From positions 33,664-97,663 of the forward strand of contig JAKAFL010000003.1 of the NCBI GenBank assembly GCA_021817945.1: a DNA stretch of 64,000 nucleotides. The letters run 5' to 3'. Position 1 is the stretch's first letter. The number at the start of each line of letters is the position of its first letter. A program made the position numbers and the translations under genes. Source of the DNA: a bacterium (GTDB lineage: Bacteria > Verrucomicrobiota > Verrucomicrobiia > Limisphaerales > UBA11358). A model generated the notes under the pieces. That model saw nothing but the letters and a program-made list of their open reading frames with translations, ran no database searches and was not told where the DNA came from. Shown piece by piece: positions 39,883 through 50,375 of the stretch.

Positions 39883-40901
39883 ACGATCTCCTTCAGCCGC
39901 AGGTTGGCAGCGGCAATGTCACGGGCTATGGTTTGTCCGATCTGGTTTTGTACTGTTTGGGCAGTCACCCGAATGGCACTGGCGATTGCCCGTTCACGCG
40001 CCGAGGCATGGGCCTTGAAAACCAAGCCGTTGAAACCCAACAGGGGTGCTCCTCCATAGACCTCCGGGTCCATTCTACGACGAATGGCCTGGAAAGCGTC
40101 TCGCGCGAGCAACGCGCCCAATTGCCTCTTGGTGTTTTTGGTCAATTCACGCTTCAACATGGAAAACATGGCCACCGCCAGGCTCTCGGAGGTTTTCAAT
40201 ACAATGTTACCCACGAAACCATCGCATACCACCACATCCACGTGGTCCTTGAACAAGTCGTGCCCCTCCACGTTGCCAATGAAATTCAAATCCAAGCTTT
40301 TGCACAGTTTGAAGGCTGCCAGGGTCAGTTCATTTCCCTTGGAATCCTCGGTGCCGTTGCTCAGGATGCCCACACGGGGACTCTTTCTCTTCAACACTTC
40401 TCGGGAATAGACATTGCCCATCACCGCAAACTGGGCCAGATGCATGGGCTTGCATTCCACGTTGGCGCCGGCATCCAGCAATACAAATTCGTTTCCCTGT
40501 CGGGGAATGACCGTGGCAATACAACCCCTGTCCACCCCCTCGATCCGCCCCACTTTGAACGTGGCAGCGGCAAAAATCCCCGCCGTGTTGCCCAGGGAAA
40601 CCAAGGCATCAGCCTTGCCCTCCCGCACCAGGTCAGCAGCCCTTGATATGGAGGAATCCTTCTTTTTGCGCAACGCCTGAATGGGCTGTTCCTCCTCCAT
40701 TTCAATGACTTCGGAGGCATCCACAACCCTCAGGCGATGATCGCGAAAACCCCGCGCCGGTAGGGCTGCCTGTATGGCGGCACGGTTGCCCACCAAGTAA
40801 AGCGCGGAGATTTGCTTCACTTCCTCCAAAGCACGCTTCACCCCGGCAATGACCACCCCGCAGCCATGGTCACTCCCCATCGCATCCACCGCGATTCGCA
40901 T
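39879..40901 (-). CDS. plsX: Phosphate acyltransferase
   Basis: MRIAVDAMGSDHG... and GFNGLVFKAHAS. The stop overlaps the fabH start (ATGA). Confidence 0.95.
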   Translation of the reverse strand: MRIAVDAMGSDHGCGVVIAGVKRALEEVKQISALYLVGNRAAIQAALPARGFRDHRLRVVDASEVIEMEEEQPIQALRKKKDSSISRAADLVREGKADALVSLGNTAGIFAAATFKVGRIEGVDRGCIATVIPRQGNEFVLLDAGANVECKPMHLAQFAVMGNVYSREVLKRKSPRVGILSNGTEDSKGNELTLAAFKLCKSLDLNFIGNVEGHDLFKDHVDVVVCDGFVGNIVLKTSESLAVAMFSMLKRELTKNTKRQLGALLARDAFQAIRRRMDPEVYGGAPLLGFNGLVFKAHASARERAIASAIRVTAQTVQNQIGQTIARDIAAANLRLKEIV

Positions 40902-40952
40902 TGTCTCAATGTCAGTGCCCCAGCCAGTCAACCCAGCAAGGCATCAACCGAA

Positions 40953-41141
40953 TCAGGGTGCCGAAGAGATGGTCAGTACCTGCCGACCGCGATAAAATCC
41001 ACAGGCCGGACAAACCCGGTGCGGCACATAGGGCGCGTCACATTGTGGACACTTGCTCAGTTGGGGGAGTTTGAGCACGCTGTTGTAAGCCCGACGCATA
41101 CGTTGGCGGCTTGTTGATGGTTTTCGTTTTGGAACACCCAT
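40953..41141 (-). CDS. rpmF: 50S ribosomal protein L32
   Basis: MGVPKRKPSTSRQRMRRA...CPQC...CPACG. Confidence 0.95.
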   Translation of the reverse strand: MGVPKRKPSTSRQRMRRAYNSVLKLPQLSKCPQCDAPYVPHRVCPACGFYRGRQVLTISSAP

Positions 41142-41156
41142 ATTCTTTAGTTCAAA

Positions 41157-41654
41157 TTAAAGTTTTAATTTATCCAGACCCGTCCAAACATCCGAACCGG
41201 CCTGCGGCTTAGGACTCTCGCCGGACCCTGACCGTCGTTCGCGCCCGCGCTCACTGTTTTTTTTCAACCCCGGGCATTCGGGTCGGCACAACGGATGTTG
41301 TGGAAATTCAAGCAGCATATCCTCCCGCACAAATGGAGTCAAGTCCAGCAAATCGTTGCAAAGGCTTACTTTGTCCTCTCCTTCCAAAGGCAGCAACACG
41401 GCCCACTTGGGCAAATGTACTCCGAACTGGAAGGGTCTCAGGCACCGGGCACATTCACAATCCAACACAAGGCGCAAAACACCTTGAACAAGAATGGATT
41501 CCTCCATTTTTTCAAGCTGGAGATCGTATTCCAGAGGCCTTTCCGCCCGGATCAATTCATCCTGTAAATCCAAGCACAACTCCGACACGGGCAGTTCTCC
41601 TTTCAAAAGAACTTCCCTTTCTTCCAAGTGCCTCACGTTTGCGGTCAATGGCAT
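41157..41654 (-). CDS. yceD: YceD/DUF177 family protein
   Basis: Conserved position upstream of rpmF, a CARCL motif and an acidic C-terminal region. Confidence 0.85.
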   Translation of the reverse strand: MPLTANVRHLEEREVLLKGELPVSELCLDLQDELIRAERPLEYDLQLEKMEESILVQGVLRLVLDCECARCLRPFQFGVHLPKWAVLLPLEGEDKVSLCNDLLDLTPFVREDMLLEFPQHPLCRPECPGLKKNSERGRERRSGSGESPKPQAGSDVWTGLDKLKL

Positions 41655-41706
41655 GGTGTTTTTCGAAACCTCCCCTGGCGGCGCCAGAGCGATTTGCGTT
41701 TATTTA

Positions 41707-42189
41707 TTATACCGATTGGAACTTACGCCGCAATGCTGCTTGCACATTCGGACGCACAAAAGCACTCACATCGCCACCCAAATGGGCGATTTCCTTGACA
41801 ATCCGGGAACTCAAAAAGGTGTAGGTGTCCTTGGGCATCATGAAGATGGTTTCTATTCTTTCGTTTAACTTGCGATTCATCAGGGCAAGTTGAAATTCGA
41901 ATTCAAAGTCGGATACAGCCCTTAATCCACGGACAATGGCTTGAGCCTGTTTGTGTTCCACATAATCCACCAGCAACCCTTCAAAAGTGTCCGCCTCCAC
42001 GTTGCCCAACCCCGCCACCTCCTGGCGCACCAACTCTAGGCGTTCCTGATGACTGAACAGCGGTTTTTTTCCCTCATTCCGTGCCACAGCCACAATTACA
42101 CGGTCGAAAAGTTTCGCAGCGCGCTGCACCACATCCAAGTGTCCATTTGTGAGTGGATCAAAACTTCCCGGATAAATGGCAGTTCTCAT
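41707..42189 (-). CDS. coaD: Phosphopantetheine adenylyltransferase
   Basis: AIYPGSFDPLTNGHLDV... and ISSRIVKEI-type C-terminus (LSSRIVKEIAHLGGDV). Confidence 0.95.
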   Translation of the reverse strand: MRTAIYPGSFDPLTNGHLDVVQRAAKLFDRVIVAVARNEGKKPLFSHQERLELVRQEVAGLGNVEADTFEGLLVDYVEHKQAQAIVRGLRAVSDFEFEFQLALMNRKLNERIETIFMMPKDTYTFLSSRIVKEIAHLGGDVSAFVRPNVQAALRRKFQSV

Positions 42190-42258
42190 GGGCTTAGTGA
42201 TTCAGTTGGGAATACCAACCATGCAAATCACCTTAATGCCAATTTCTGAAAAGAAAAC

Positions 42259-44514
42259 CTATTTATTGTTCCACGGCACCTCGTAAACCCTGACTGTTTC
42301 ACGAAAACCCTTCACTTTTTCCGGGGCCAATTCATGACACTGCCGGGCCATTTCGGGATCTTCCTCCAGCAAATGTTCAAATGTGGCTTGGCTGATAATG
42401 ATTCTTCCGCTTCCGGACACGCCCTCCAGACGGCTGGCCAAGTTAACTTCCCGCCCAAACACGGTGTAATTGAAACCATGATCATCGGAACCCATCAATC
42501 CCACAGTAACCCGGCCCGTGTTGATCCCTGTGCCCAAGTGCAGAGGCACATGCAATGGCCGGGGTGGCAACCCGGCATCCTTTCGCTTATGGTTCTCCTC
42601 CACCAATGATGGGTTTTGGGCCAGTCGGTTTACATTTAACTGGTGGATGGCTCTCTGGGCGTCTATGGCGGCCTTCACTGAGGCCAGCGAATGCCGTGGA
42701 GTTTCTGCCGGGGCATTCCAAAACGCCATCACGCAATCACCAATATATTTATCCAGGGTGCCACCATGGCGCTTGACCGCCTCAGCCACCGTGGCCAGAT
42801 ACAAATTTACCGTCTCCAATGTTTCCCGCGCCGAATCTTCAACATGGCGCTCTGCCTCAGACTCTTCCATTTGATGGCTTTGCAGAAACGCGGACACTTC
42901 CTGCTGCGCCTGATCTGTAAATGCGGTGAATCCCCGCACATCAGCAAACAAAACCGTCACTTCGCGGTACGATCCGCCCAAGGCCAGACGTTTGGCCGAG
43001 AGCAATTCATTGACGATTCCCGGCGAAACCAGCTTGGAAAAAATGGATTTCACCCTCCGCTTATCTTGTTCCTCAAACAAAACCAAATGCACCAGCAACG
43101 CTCCGTGCATGGCCAGCACGGCTCCGCCAATGGGATAAACCACCGGAATCCATATTCGTTGGTGGATGAATATTTCCACTGATGCGATGGCATAAGCCAC
43201 ACCCAGCAATAACACAAACAAACTGGCCAACACAGCGCGCATTTCCCATGTGATCAACGCCGTGAGAACCCCTAAAACCAATATGATCCCACATTCCCCT
43301 GCCAAACCAACACGCCGGATGAAATGGTTCGTGATGATGGAATTGGCCACATTCCAGTGTTTGCTCACCAGCAAAGTGTCATTTTCCAGTGAGGTCGCTC
43401 CGCGATCTGTCAGATCATTGCCTTGGGCGGCAGATCCCACCACCACCAAACTGTTGCGAAACGTATTGGGTAAATCATTTGTATCGCCAGAAAGCCGGTT
43501 AATATCCTCCTTCAGCACATCCTCCACGGGTTCCCTGGTCAGGCAAACTCCGTTGGGTCTGATTCTCCAGTCTATGTAAAAATGCCCGGCTGAATCCACT
43601 GGCAGCACTCTCTCCACTCCATCTTTGCCACGCAGGACTACTCGCCCTTGGGCTAAATCCAACTCGGCATGGTCCAAATCCAAGCCCAAATCCAAGGCTC
43701 CCATCACGACACCCATGTCCCAAATCAGGACGTAAGGCTTATCAAATCTTTTCCATCCTTGTGGTAAAGTTTCCCCCACAAAACCTTCCAGGTCAAAGTT
43801 GCCATCTTTATCCAAAGGTACCACCACCTTTTTGCCTCCAGTCGCGTAAAGAGTAATGTGATCGGGCGTAATTTCCGATTTATCCAGATTAATTCCAAAA
43901 TCCTTTGCGGCGCTTTTAAAGGCCGGATGCCATTCCCGGTTGAAAATTTTTACGCGTCTCAAGACGCCATCTGAGTCCTTGTCGGTTGAAATATCTCCCA
44001 ATGCGAGACAATTAGTTTTGAAAAGATCTGGAGGTGTCACCTGGGGTGTTGCCGCCAGCAACACATTCCCTGCCTGGCGCATTTTGTCAGCAAAGAATTG
44101 ATCCGATTCCACGGTGGTCACCCCATCGGCCATTACCACCGGGGGATGGTCAGGGCGGAGTTCTCCAAAAAGGACGTCAAAAGCCACGCATTTGGCGCCT
44201 TCGGCGGATAATTCCTCCACCAATCTGCCGTAAACTTGCCTGGGCCAATAGAGACCATAGGGGCGCCCCAGTAAACCATGACGAATAGCCGCAATACTGG
44301 AGTCTTCCATGGCCACAAACGCCAGATTGGTGGCCGTGGTTTCAGACACTTTGGACGCTTCCCTAACCCTCCAATCGTAGGTCTTGCACTCTAACTCATC
44401 AAAAAAGACCGGGTTCCAACATTGAATCGCGCAAACGCCTGCCAAAACAAAAACTGCCAGGGCAATCGCAGCCGGTTTGGGAATTTTGAATTGCACGTTG
44501 TTGTTTTTAAACAA
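42259..44514 (-). CDS. CHASE2 sensor domain-containing class III adenylate/guanylate cyclase
   Basis: N-terminal TM, a large periplasmic domain, a TM cluster, then a cyclase core VTVLFADVRGFTAFTD...GDCVMAFWNAP...GINTGRVTVG. The start is TTG at 44514 or GTG at 44496. Confidence 0.9.
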   Translation of the reverse strand: MFKNNNVQFKIPKPAAIALAVFVLAGVCAIQCWNPVFFDELECKTYDWRVREASKVSETTATNLAFVAMEDSSIAAIRHGLLGRPYGLYWPRQVYGRLVEELSAEGAKCVAFDVLFGELRPDHPPVVMADGVTTVESDQFFADKMRQAGNVLLAATPQVTPPDLFKTNCLALGDISTDKDSDGVLRRVKIFNREWHPAFKSAAKDFGINLDKSEITPDHITLYATGGKKVVVPLDKDGNFDLEGFVGETLPQGWKRFDKPYVLIWDMGVVMGALDLGLDLDHAELDLAQGRVVLRGKDGVERVLPVDSAGHFYIDWRIRPNGVCLTREPVEDVLKEDINRLSGDTNDLPNTFRNSLVVVGSAAQGNDLTDRGATSLENDTLLVSKHWNVANSIITNHFIRRVGLAGECGIILVLGVLTALITWEMRAVLASLFVLLLGVAYAIASVEIFIHQRIWIPVVYPIGGAVLAMHGALLVHLVLFEEQDKRRVKSIFSKLVSPGIVNELLSAKRLALGGSYREVTVLFADVRGFTAFTDQAQQEVSAFLQSHQMEESEAERHVEDSARETLETVNLYLATVAEAVKRHGGTLDKYIGDCVMAFWNAPAETPRHSLASVKAAIDAQRAIHQLNVNRLAQNPSLVEENHKRKDAGLPPRPLHVPLHLGTGINTGRVTVGLMGSDDHGFNYTVFGREVNLASRLEGVSGSGRIIISQATFEHLLEEDPEMARQCHELAPEKVKGFRETVRVYEVPWNNK

Positions 44515-44547
44515 AAAAACCGACGCAACTCAAGGTCGCGTCGGTTT
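44511..44547 (-). terminator. Rho-independent terminator after the FecR-like gene
   Basis: The minus strand reads ACCGACGCgaccttgagttGCGTCGGT followed by ttttttt. It overlaps the TTG start candidate of the cyclase. Confidence 0.55.
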
Positions 44548-44563
44548 GAAAATAGAAATCTTC

Positions 44564-45433
44564 TTAATAGACCGGGGGCTTGCTTATCTTATTGTAGCCA
44601 TCGCCAGTCACAGAGGAAATGTACAAATTGTTGTCATTATAGTCGTAGTTGACCACCACGTTATAGGTGCTGTTCAAGGTTTTGAAAACATTGGACAACA
44701 AAGTCATGATAGGGTCCGTGATTGGCTGGGTGCCTGAGCTGGATCCGTTGGATCCGGAGATTGTTCCGGGCTCAACCATTTGACCAGGTGTAACATTAAA
44801 AGTAATGGTCTGGCCGTTGACATAGAGCACCAGCGTCAAACCACCTGACTCCGAGGAATAACAAGCAACCGAGTCATCAGCTCCCAGCTCAAATTCTGTT
44901 CCACGAATTCCTGCGATTCCATTCGGAATCTTGACCAAGTATTGGGAAGCTGCGCTGAGCTTCTTCACCGACCCGAAAAGCCGTCCTTTGGTGAGGTTCA
45001 GTTCAGTATCACTGACAGTATCGGCACCGGTGTCGTTGATGGACAATTTGTCAATGGCCATTTCCGAACCAGGAGTCAGACGAATTGCATTTTGCTGGGC
45101 AGAAGGAACGTCCGAAATGAAACCCCTCACGGCAGCATCGGGCGCAGGAGAAATGCGGCTGGGAATGCCTTGGGACTGCGGAAAAGGAATTTTTTTACCC
45201 AAAATGATGTCCACGGTACCGTTTTCGCCGGTACGGATGGTGGATCCGGCTGCCAGCGCCTTGCCGGCCACCAGAGGATGCCACATTCCATCTCCCAAAT
45301 TGTAGCTCGCTATGCCTTGAACGCGCACCACTGTTGCAAATCCTGGATGATCGTCTTGGGCGTAACTGATGCTGCCCACGCCAACAACCGAGGCAAACAC
45401 CGCTGATGCAATGACTTGTGTGAGTTTTTTCAT
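44564..45433 (-). CDS. Secreted FecR-domain protein
   Basis: Signal peptide MKKLTQVIASAVFASVVGVGSISYA (ATG at 45433), ...LAAGSTIRTGENGTVDI... and ...GIRGTEFEL, typical of the FecR fold. Confidence 0.7.
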   Translation of the reverse strand: MKKLTQVIASAVFASVVGVGSISYAQDDHPGFATVVRVQGIASYNLGDGMWHPLVAGKALAAGSTIRTGENGTVDIILGKKIPFPQSQGIPSRISPAPDAAVRGFISDVPSAQQNAIRLTPGSEMAIDKLSINDTGADTVSDTELNLTKGRLFGSVKKLSAASQYLVKIPNGIAGIRGTEFELGADDSVACYSSESGGLTLVLYVNGQTITFNVTPGQMVEPGTISGSNGSSSGTQPITDPIMTLLSNVFKTLNSTYNVVVNYDYNDNNLYISSVTGDGYNKISKPPVY

Positions 45434-45574
45434 AGCTATTGTTGTTTTTATCAATCCTCGTCGAATATAGCTGGAAACATGCCGCTTTGTCAACCAACTA
45501 TTTACGATAATTTTAAATTTTAAAAGCCCCGTCCCTTCGCCCGTCCCCAATGCTAAATCCAACACCGGCCTTTT

Positions 45575-47545
45575 TCAAGGGAAAACCCACTTTCCAGACG
45601 CCTTGTCCCGCAATTTTTCCTCGCAAATGGCCAAATAATTGCCCGCAAAGGCGCTTTCATTCGATAATCCCATGGACCTCATAAAATATTCCCGCCCCAA
45701 GGCATAATCCCCGGACTGAACGTAGTGCCAACCTATATTGGCCACCATGAAATACCCGTTCCAATCCAGTTCTTCCGCACGCTGGTAGTAATACTTTGAG
45801 GCGGAAACATTTCCCAACCAATCCAAGCACATTCCGTATCGCAGATACCCATACCCGTCATAGGGATTCAAATCCACTGTTCGCGCATACCAAACCATCG
45901 CCTCGCGAGCGAGGCGGGCATAGTCATCCCCACCTTGGAAGCTCCTCATTCTCAAGGTTTCGCCCAAATTATAGGCCACATCAAAGTCGCGAGGCTCGGC
46001 CTGATAGGCTTTTTCCAAAAGAACAGCGCGGTTTGGCGCAAAAACATCGGCTTCATTGGCTCTGGCCATCCAATACACCTCATGCCCGCGCCGCCATCCA
46101 TCCACCAATAGGCATAAAACCACTGCCCCGATCACTCCAGTCACGGGCCAAAGCATAGGACGATTGACTTTCCGCCAACCACCCGGCACAACGTCCCCTG
46201 AAACGCTTGATAACAAGGCCAACCAAGTCACCCCAATCAATGCATTGGCGGGAATGTGAAGGTTGAAATCAAACATCGAATGGACCATGAGAGACGTCAA
46301 GCCGCCGGTTGCCCCCAGGAATATTGGATACATTTGGCCTTCGGGTAGGATTCCAGGCTGTTCCGCCACGTCATGGCATTCACGAATCAAAGGCCAGGCG
46401 CGCAGCCAACCCCACGCCATGGTGACCGCACCGCCCAAGACGAGCAAGCCCCCAAGGGCACCCCAATCAGCAAGCAGGTTTAAATAATCATTGTGAGCTC
46501 GGTTGGGTCGCTTTTGGATGCTGGCTGGACGGTAAGCCGGAAATCGCGCATCGAAGTGAGCCGGACCCACTCCGATCCAGAAGTGGTCCAGCCACATGGC
46601 TTCAGCAGCCCGCCACAAGGCAAATCGGGTATCAAAATCCAATACTCCCTGCCCGCCGGATCCCTTGCCGGAAATCCGTGCTTGAAAGGTTTGGTTTTTA
46701 GCGAGGTAGTGCGAGACAAAAAACCCGCCACCGATCAACATGGCGGCAAGGCAGGTTATTGCTGCAAGGCGATGCTTGCGATGGAGTGTCATGAGGGCAA
46801 GCATCCAGACAATGCCAGTCACTGAAGCAAACCAACCGGCTCTTGAAAATGTGGCCGCCAAGCCTGCCATCATGCAGGCGGCGCCCATGCCCAGCGTCAC
46901 ACGACCCCACCAGGGCATTTTCGCCGACAGCATCAGGGCAAGAGCCATGGGCAAAGCCAACCCCAGCATGCCCGCAAGGTCGTTGGGTGAAATGAAAGTG
47001 CCCCCCGCCCGGCCGGGATAACCAGAATCCACATTCCAGACCCGTTCAGAATGGGTTAGCATCTGAAAAATGGCGTAGCCGGAAATCGCCACAGCCACCG
47101 CCGTCACTCCCAGGACTATAACCCAGGCATCCATCCGATGGTGCAAGTCAGACGCAACCACCCAAAAAACCGTTGCAAATAAAACCACCTGGATAACTTC
47201 CCCCCGGGCGGTCAACTCGATATCTGCGGTCAGATACCTGGCCACTGCGTAGATCACAAATAAAACCACCGCCCAAGCCAGCGGGGGCCAGCGCAGTTTC
47301 AGGTCGGCATCCAGCCAGAGGCGCCAAACCCAAAGCAGCATGAAAAGCACACCCAACCCCTGCAGGACGAGAAAAGCCCATTCATCCACAGCCCCAAATG
47401 CCAGCGGCGCAAAAACAAGCATGGACAACAGCGCGGCGAGCAAGCCGGCGCGACAGGCTTGAACACGCGTTGGCAGTGGGCCATTCATCCACGCACAATG
47501 ACCTCTCCGCACATCGGAGTAAAGCGGCGTTTGAGGGGTTTTCAT
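45575..47545 (-). CDS. O-antigen ligase (Wzy_C)-like polytopic membrane protein with C-terminal TPR repeats
   Basis: About 10 TM segments, a SRAGW loop motif, ...AHNDYLNLLADWG..., and a C-terminal TPR-like YYQRAEELDWNGYFMVANIGWHY. Confidence 0.8.
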   Translation of the reverse strand: MKTPQTPLYSDVRRGHCAWMNGPLPTRVQACRAGLLAALLSMLVFAPLAFGAVDEWAFLVLQGLGVLFMLLWVWRLWLDADLKLRWPPLAWAVVLFVIYAVARYLTADIELTARGEVIQVVLFATVFWVVASDLHHRMDAWVIVLGVTAVAVAISGYAIFQMLTHSERVWNVDSGYPGRAGGTFISPNDLAGMLGLALPMALALMLSAKMPWWGRVTLGMGAACMMAGLAATFSRAGWFASVTGIVWMLALMTLHRKHRLAAITCLAAMLIGGGFFVSHYLAKNQTFQARISGKGSGGQGVLDFDTRFALWRAAEAMWLDHFWIGVGPAHFDARFPAYRPASIQKRPNRAHNDYLNLLADWGALGGLLVLGGAVTMAWGWLRAWPLIRECHDVAEQPGILPEGQMYPIFLGATGGLTSLMVHSMFDFNLHIPANALIGVTWLALLSSVSGDVVPGGWRKVNRPMLWPVTGVIGAVVLCLLVDGWRRGHEVYWMARANEADVFAPNRAVLLEKAYQAEPRDFDVAYNLGETLRMRSFQGGDDYARLAREAMVWYARTVDLNPYDGYGYLRYGMCLDWLGNVSASKYYYQRAEELDWNGYFMVANIGWHYVQSGDYALGREYFMRSMGLSNESAFAGNYLAICEEKLRDKASGKWVFP

Positions 47546-47800
47546 CCGGTCTTCAGCCAGGGGGGGCGGGAATCAGGAAATGCCTTGCCAGCTTTGGATG
47601 CATGCTTTTTTGCCCTCCCGCCGGAATTTCACGCATATCGACCAATCCACCAATCAGACATCCATTTCCCATTGGAAATCCCCCTTGTTTTTCACGGATT
47701 TCCGGGTCAGCCAAAAACTGGAATGCTCCCGGCGGCTTTTCAAACACACCAGAGCCGCTTGCATTCCCACGTTTTTGAATTAATATGTCGAACTTCGATC

Positions 47801-48946
47801 ATGCAATTGAACAACGATGAAATCCGGCGCTATTCCCGCCACCTGATTTTGCCTGAGGTGGGTTTGGCGGGTCAGAAACGCATCAAGGCCACCAGTGTCC
47901 TCTGCATTGGCGCAGGCGGTTTGGGTTCGCCCATCGCCATGTACCTGGCTGCCGCGGGCGTGGGGCGGATAGGGATCGTGGATTTTGACACGGTGGACTA
48001 CTCCAATCTGCAACGGCAGATTTTGCATACGGATGCGGATGTGGGCCGCTCCAAGGCAGAATCGGCTCGCGAAACCATCCATGGCATCAATCCTCATTGC
48101 GAGGTGGTGATCCACAACACGCGCATTTCGTCGGAGAACGCCCTGGATTTGATCCGGCCCTACGACATCGTGGTGGATGGAACCGATAATTTTCCCACCC
48201 GTTACCTGACCAACGACGCCTGTGTGTTGTTGAAGAAACCCAATGTTTACGGGTCCATATTCCGGTTTGAGGGTCAGGCCAGCGTGTTTGCACCGCATTT
48301 GGGGGGGCCTTGTTACCGCTGCCTGTATCCCGAACCGCCGCCGCCCGGAATGGTGCCCAGTTGCGCCGAGGGCGGGGTGCTGGGTGTGCTACCCGGCATT
48401 ATTGGCTGCATTCAAACCACGGAAATCCTCAAGCTGGCTTTGGGCAAGGGTCAGTCCCTGGTAAATCGGCTCCTCTTATTCAATGCCTTGGACATGAAAT
48501 TCAGGGAGTTGAAGCTGCGCCGCGATCCCCAGTGCCCCATTTGCGGGGATCACCCCACCATCACTCAGCTCATTGATTACGAGCAGTTCTGCGGCATCGT
48601 CCCGGAGCCTGAACCCTCTGCCAATCCGGATGAGGTTTCCGTGCAGGAAATGAAAAAGGCCCTGGACCAGCCCAGTCTCGGAATCAAGGTGGTTGACGTG
48701 CGCGAACCTGACGAATACGAAATCGCCAAAGTGGCAGGCGTGCCTTTGTTGCCGTTGAGCCAGTTGCCGGAGCGATTCACTGAATTGGATCCGAATCAGC
48801 AATACTATCTTCATTGCAAGGCGGGTGTGCGTTCCTTGAAAGCCCTCTCCTTCCTGCGCCAGCAGGGATTCAAATACGTCAAAAGCGTGCGGGGCGGGAT
48901 TACCGCGTGGTCGGAGGAAATTGATTCACAGGTGCCTCGCTATTGA
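47801..48946 (+). CDS. MoeB/ThiF-type adenylyltransferase fused to a rhodanese domain (MoeZ-like)
   Basis: Trimmed to the in-frame ATG at 47801: RYSRHLILPEVGLAGQKRI...IGAGGLGSP, CYRCLYP and CPICG zinc motifs, and a C-terminal rhodanese HCKAGVRS. Confidence 0.9.
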   Translation: MQLNNDEIRRYSRHLILPEVGLAGQKRIKATSVLCIGAGGLGSPIAMYLAAAGVGRIGIVDFDTVDYSNLQRQILHTDADVGRSKAESARETIHGINPHCEVVIHNTRISSENALDLIRPYDIVVDGTDNFPTRYLTNDACVLLKKPNVYGSIFRFEGQASVFAPHLGGPCYRCLYPEPPPPGMVPSCAEGGVLGVLPGIIGCIQTTEILKLALGKGQSLVNRLLLFNALDMKFRELKLRRDPQCPICGDHPTITQLIDYEQFCGIVPEPEPSANPDEVSVQEMKKALDQPSLGIKVVDVREPDEYEIAKVAGVPLLPLSQLPERFTELDPNQQYYLHCKAGVRSLKALSFLRQQGFKYVKSVRGGITAWSEEIDSQVPRY

Positions 48947-49095
48947 ACCCAGTCCGGCGCGCCTAATCCCCGAGGCTTCCAGGGATACCACAGCGGGACA
49001 TTGCCTGGACAGGCCCTTATCCGGCCTTTGATTGGATCCAATGATAAACACTGGATGCTTGTATTGCCCGGGCTGTTCCGGCCTTGAATGGCCGG

Positions 49096-50205
49096 TTATT
49101 TCAATCCTGCGGGATTTAGCCCCTTCAATTCCTTGACCACAAAAAGCCCGTCCTTGCGGATTAATCTGCCATCAAACCAAACCTCCCCGCCGCCCCACTC
49201 CTTGCGTTGGATCAATACCATATCCCAATGGATGGCGCTTTTGTTTCCGTTGCCGCAGTCCTCGTAGGCCTGGCCGGGTGTGAAATGCAGTGAACCCGCA
49301 ATTTTTTCATCAAATAAAATATCGCACATCGGGTTTTGAATATGGGGATTGAAGCCCAGTGAAAATTCCCCGATGAACCGTGCGCCGGCATCGGTGTCCA
49401 ATATTTCATTGATCCGCTTGGAGTTATTTGCAGTGGCAGAGACTATCTTTCCGCCTTTGAGTTCCAACCTCACATTTTCAAATTTTGTGCCGGAGTAGAG
49501 TGTGGGGGTGTTGAACTGGATGGTTCCCTCCGCCGAATGGCGCGTGGGGCACGAAAAAACCTCCCCATCGGGAATATTGCGGTCGCCCTTGCACATTTTG
49601 GCGCCAATGCCCTTGATGCTGAAGGTCAGGTCGGTGCCGGGTCCCTTGATGTGAACACGGTCTGTGCGGCTCATCAGTTTTTCCAGCGGCACCATGGCGC
49701 GCGCCATCCGCGCATAGTCCATGGTGCAGACGTCGAAGTAGAGGTTTTCGAAGGCCTCCGTGCTCATTCCGGCGGCCTGGGCCATGCTTGGCGTGGGCCA
49801 ACGCAGCACGCACCAGCGGGTTTGATTAACCCGGTAATCCTGCACCGGCCGGATCACGCGCGCGTACATCTGCATCTTGTCGCTGGGCACATCAGCGTTC
49901 TCGGTCATGTTGTCCGCCCCACGAATGGCAATGTAGGCCTGCATTTTTTTCATGCGATGCATTTCCATGTCCCGCACGTCAGAAGCCTGGTCGGGCGTCA
50001 TTCCCAAAAGCTGCTCGCGCCCCACGCGGGTATGCCGCGTTTCCACAAAGGGCGTGGCGCCCGCCGCCCGGACCGCCCGGATCAATTCCACGGTGAATTC
50101 ATCCGGCACGTCTATCATGTCCAAAAGAATCCGGTCGCCCCGTTTCAACGCGGTGGAGTAGTTGACTAGAAGGTGTGCCAATTTTTTATAACGTGGATCA
50201 TTCAT
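49096..50205 (-). CDS. M29 family aminopeptidase (AmpS/PepS-like)
   Basis: MNDPRYKKLAHLLVNYSTALKRGDRILL... and ...HWDMVL... near the C-terminus. I prefer the ATG at 50205. Confidence 0.9.
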   Translation of the reverse strand: MNDPRYKKLAHLLVNYSTALKRGDRILLDMIDVPDEFTVELIRAVRAAGATPFVETRHTRVGREQLLGMTPDQASDVRDMEMHRMKKMQAYIAIRGADNMTENADVPSDKMQMYARVIRPVQDYRVNQTRWCVLRWPTPSMAQAAGMSTEAFENLYFDVCTMDYARMARAMVPLEKLMSRTDRVHIKGPGTDLTFSIKGIGAKMCKGDRNIPDGEVFSCPTRHSAEGTIQFNTPTLYSGTKFENVRLELKGGKIVSATANNSKRINEILDTDAGARFIGEFSLGFNPHIQNPMCDILFDEKIAGSLHFTPGQAYEDCGNGNKSAIHWDMVLIQRKEWGGGEVWFDGRLIRKDGLFVVKELKGLNPAGLK

Positions 50206-50375
50206 ATATAATTGCGCCCACCAGAATAAACCAAACCCCGGCCAATGACCACCGAAGAAATGCCACCCCAAATCGCCGTCTCGGGTTCATTCTATCCAGC
50301 CTGGCCCCCGCGGTTCATGCGCCCGTCCGCTCATTTTGCCTTTCTACCTCCCCGCGGCCATGCTAAAAGGGACCC

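Noticed and set aside
47682-47711. 8-bp hairpin (ggaaatcc...ggatttcc) upstream of the MoeB-like gene as a Moco riboswitch
   Set aside because: I could not recognise any other conserved Moco-motif element. An isolated hairpin in a divergent promoter region is not enough.
47459-47800. N-terminal extension of the MoeB/ThiF ORF (and the similar extensions of 54158..55672, 53890..54348 and 18124..19398)
   Set aside because: The extensions overlap neighbouring genes or intergenic sequence and lack family similarity. Internal ATGs give proteins that start where homologs start.
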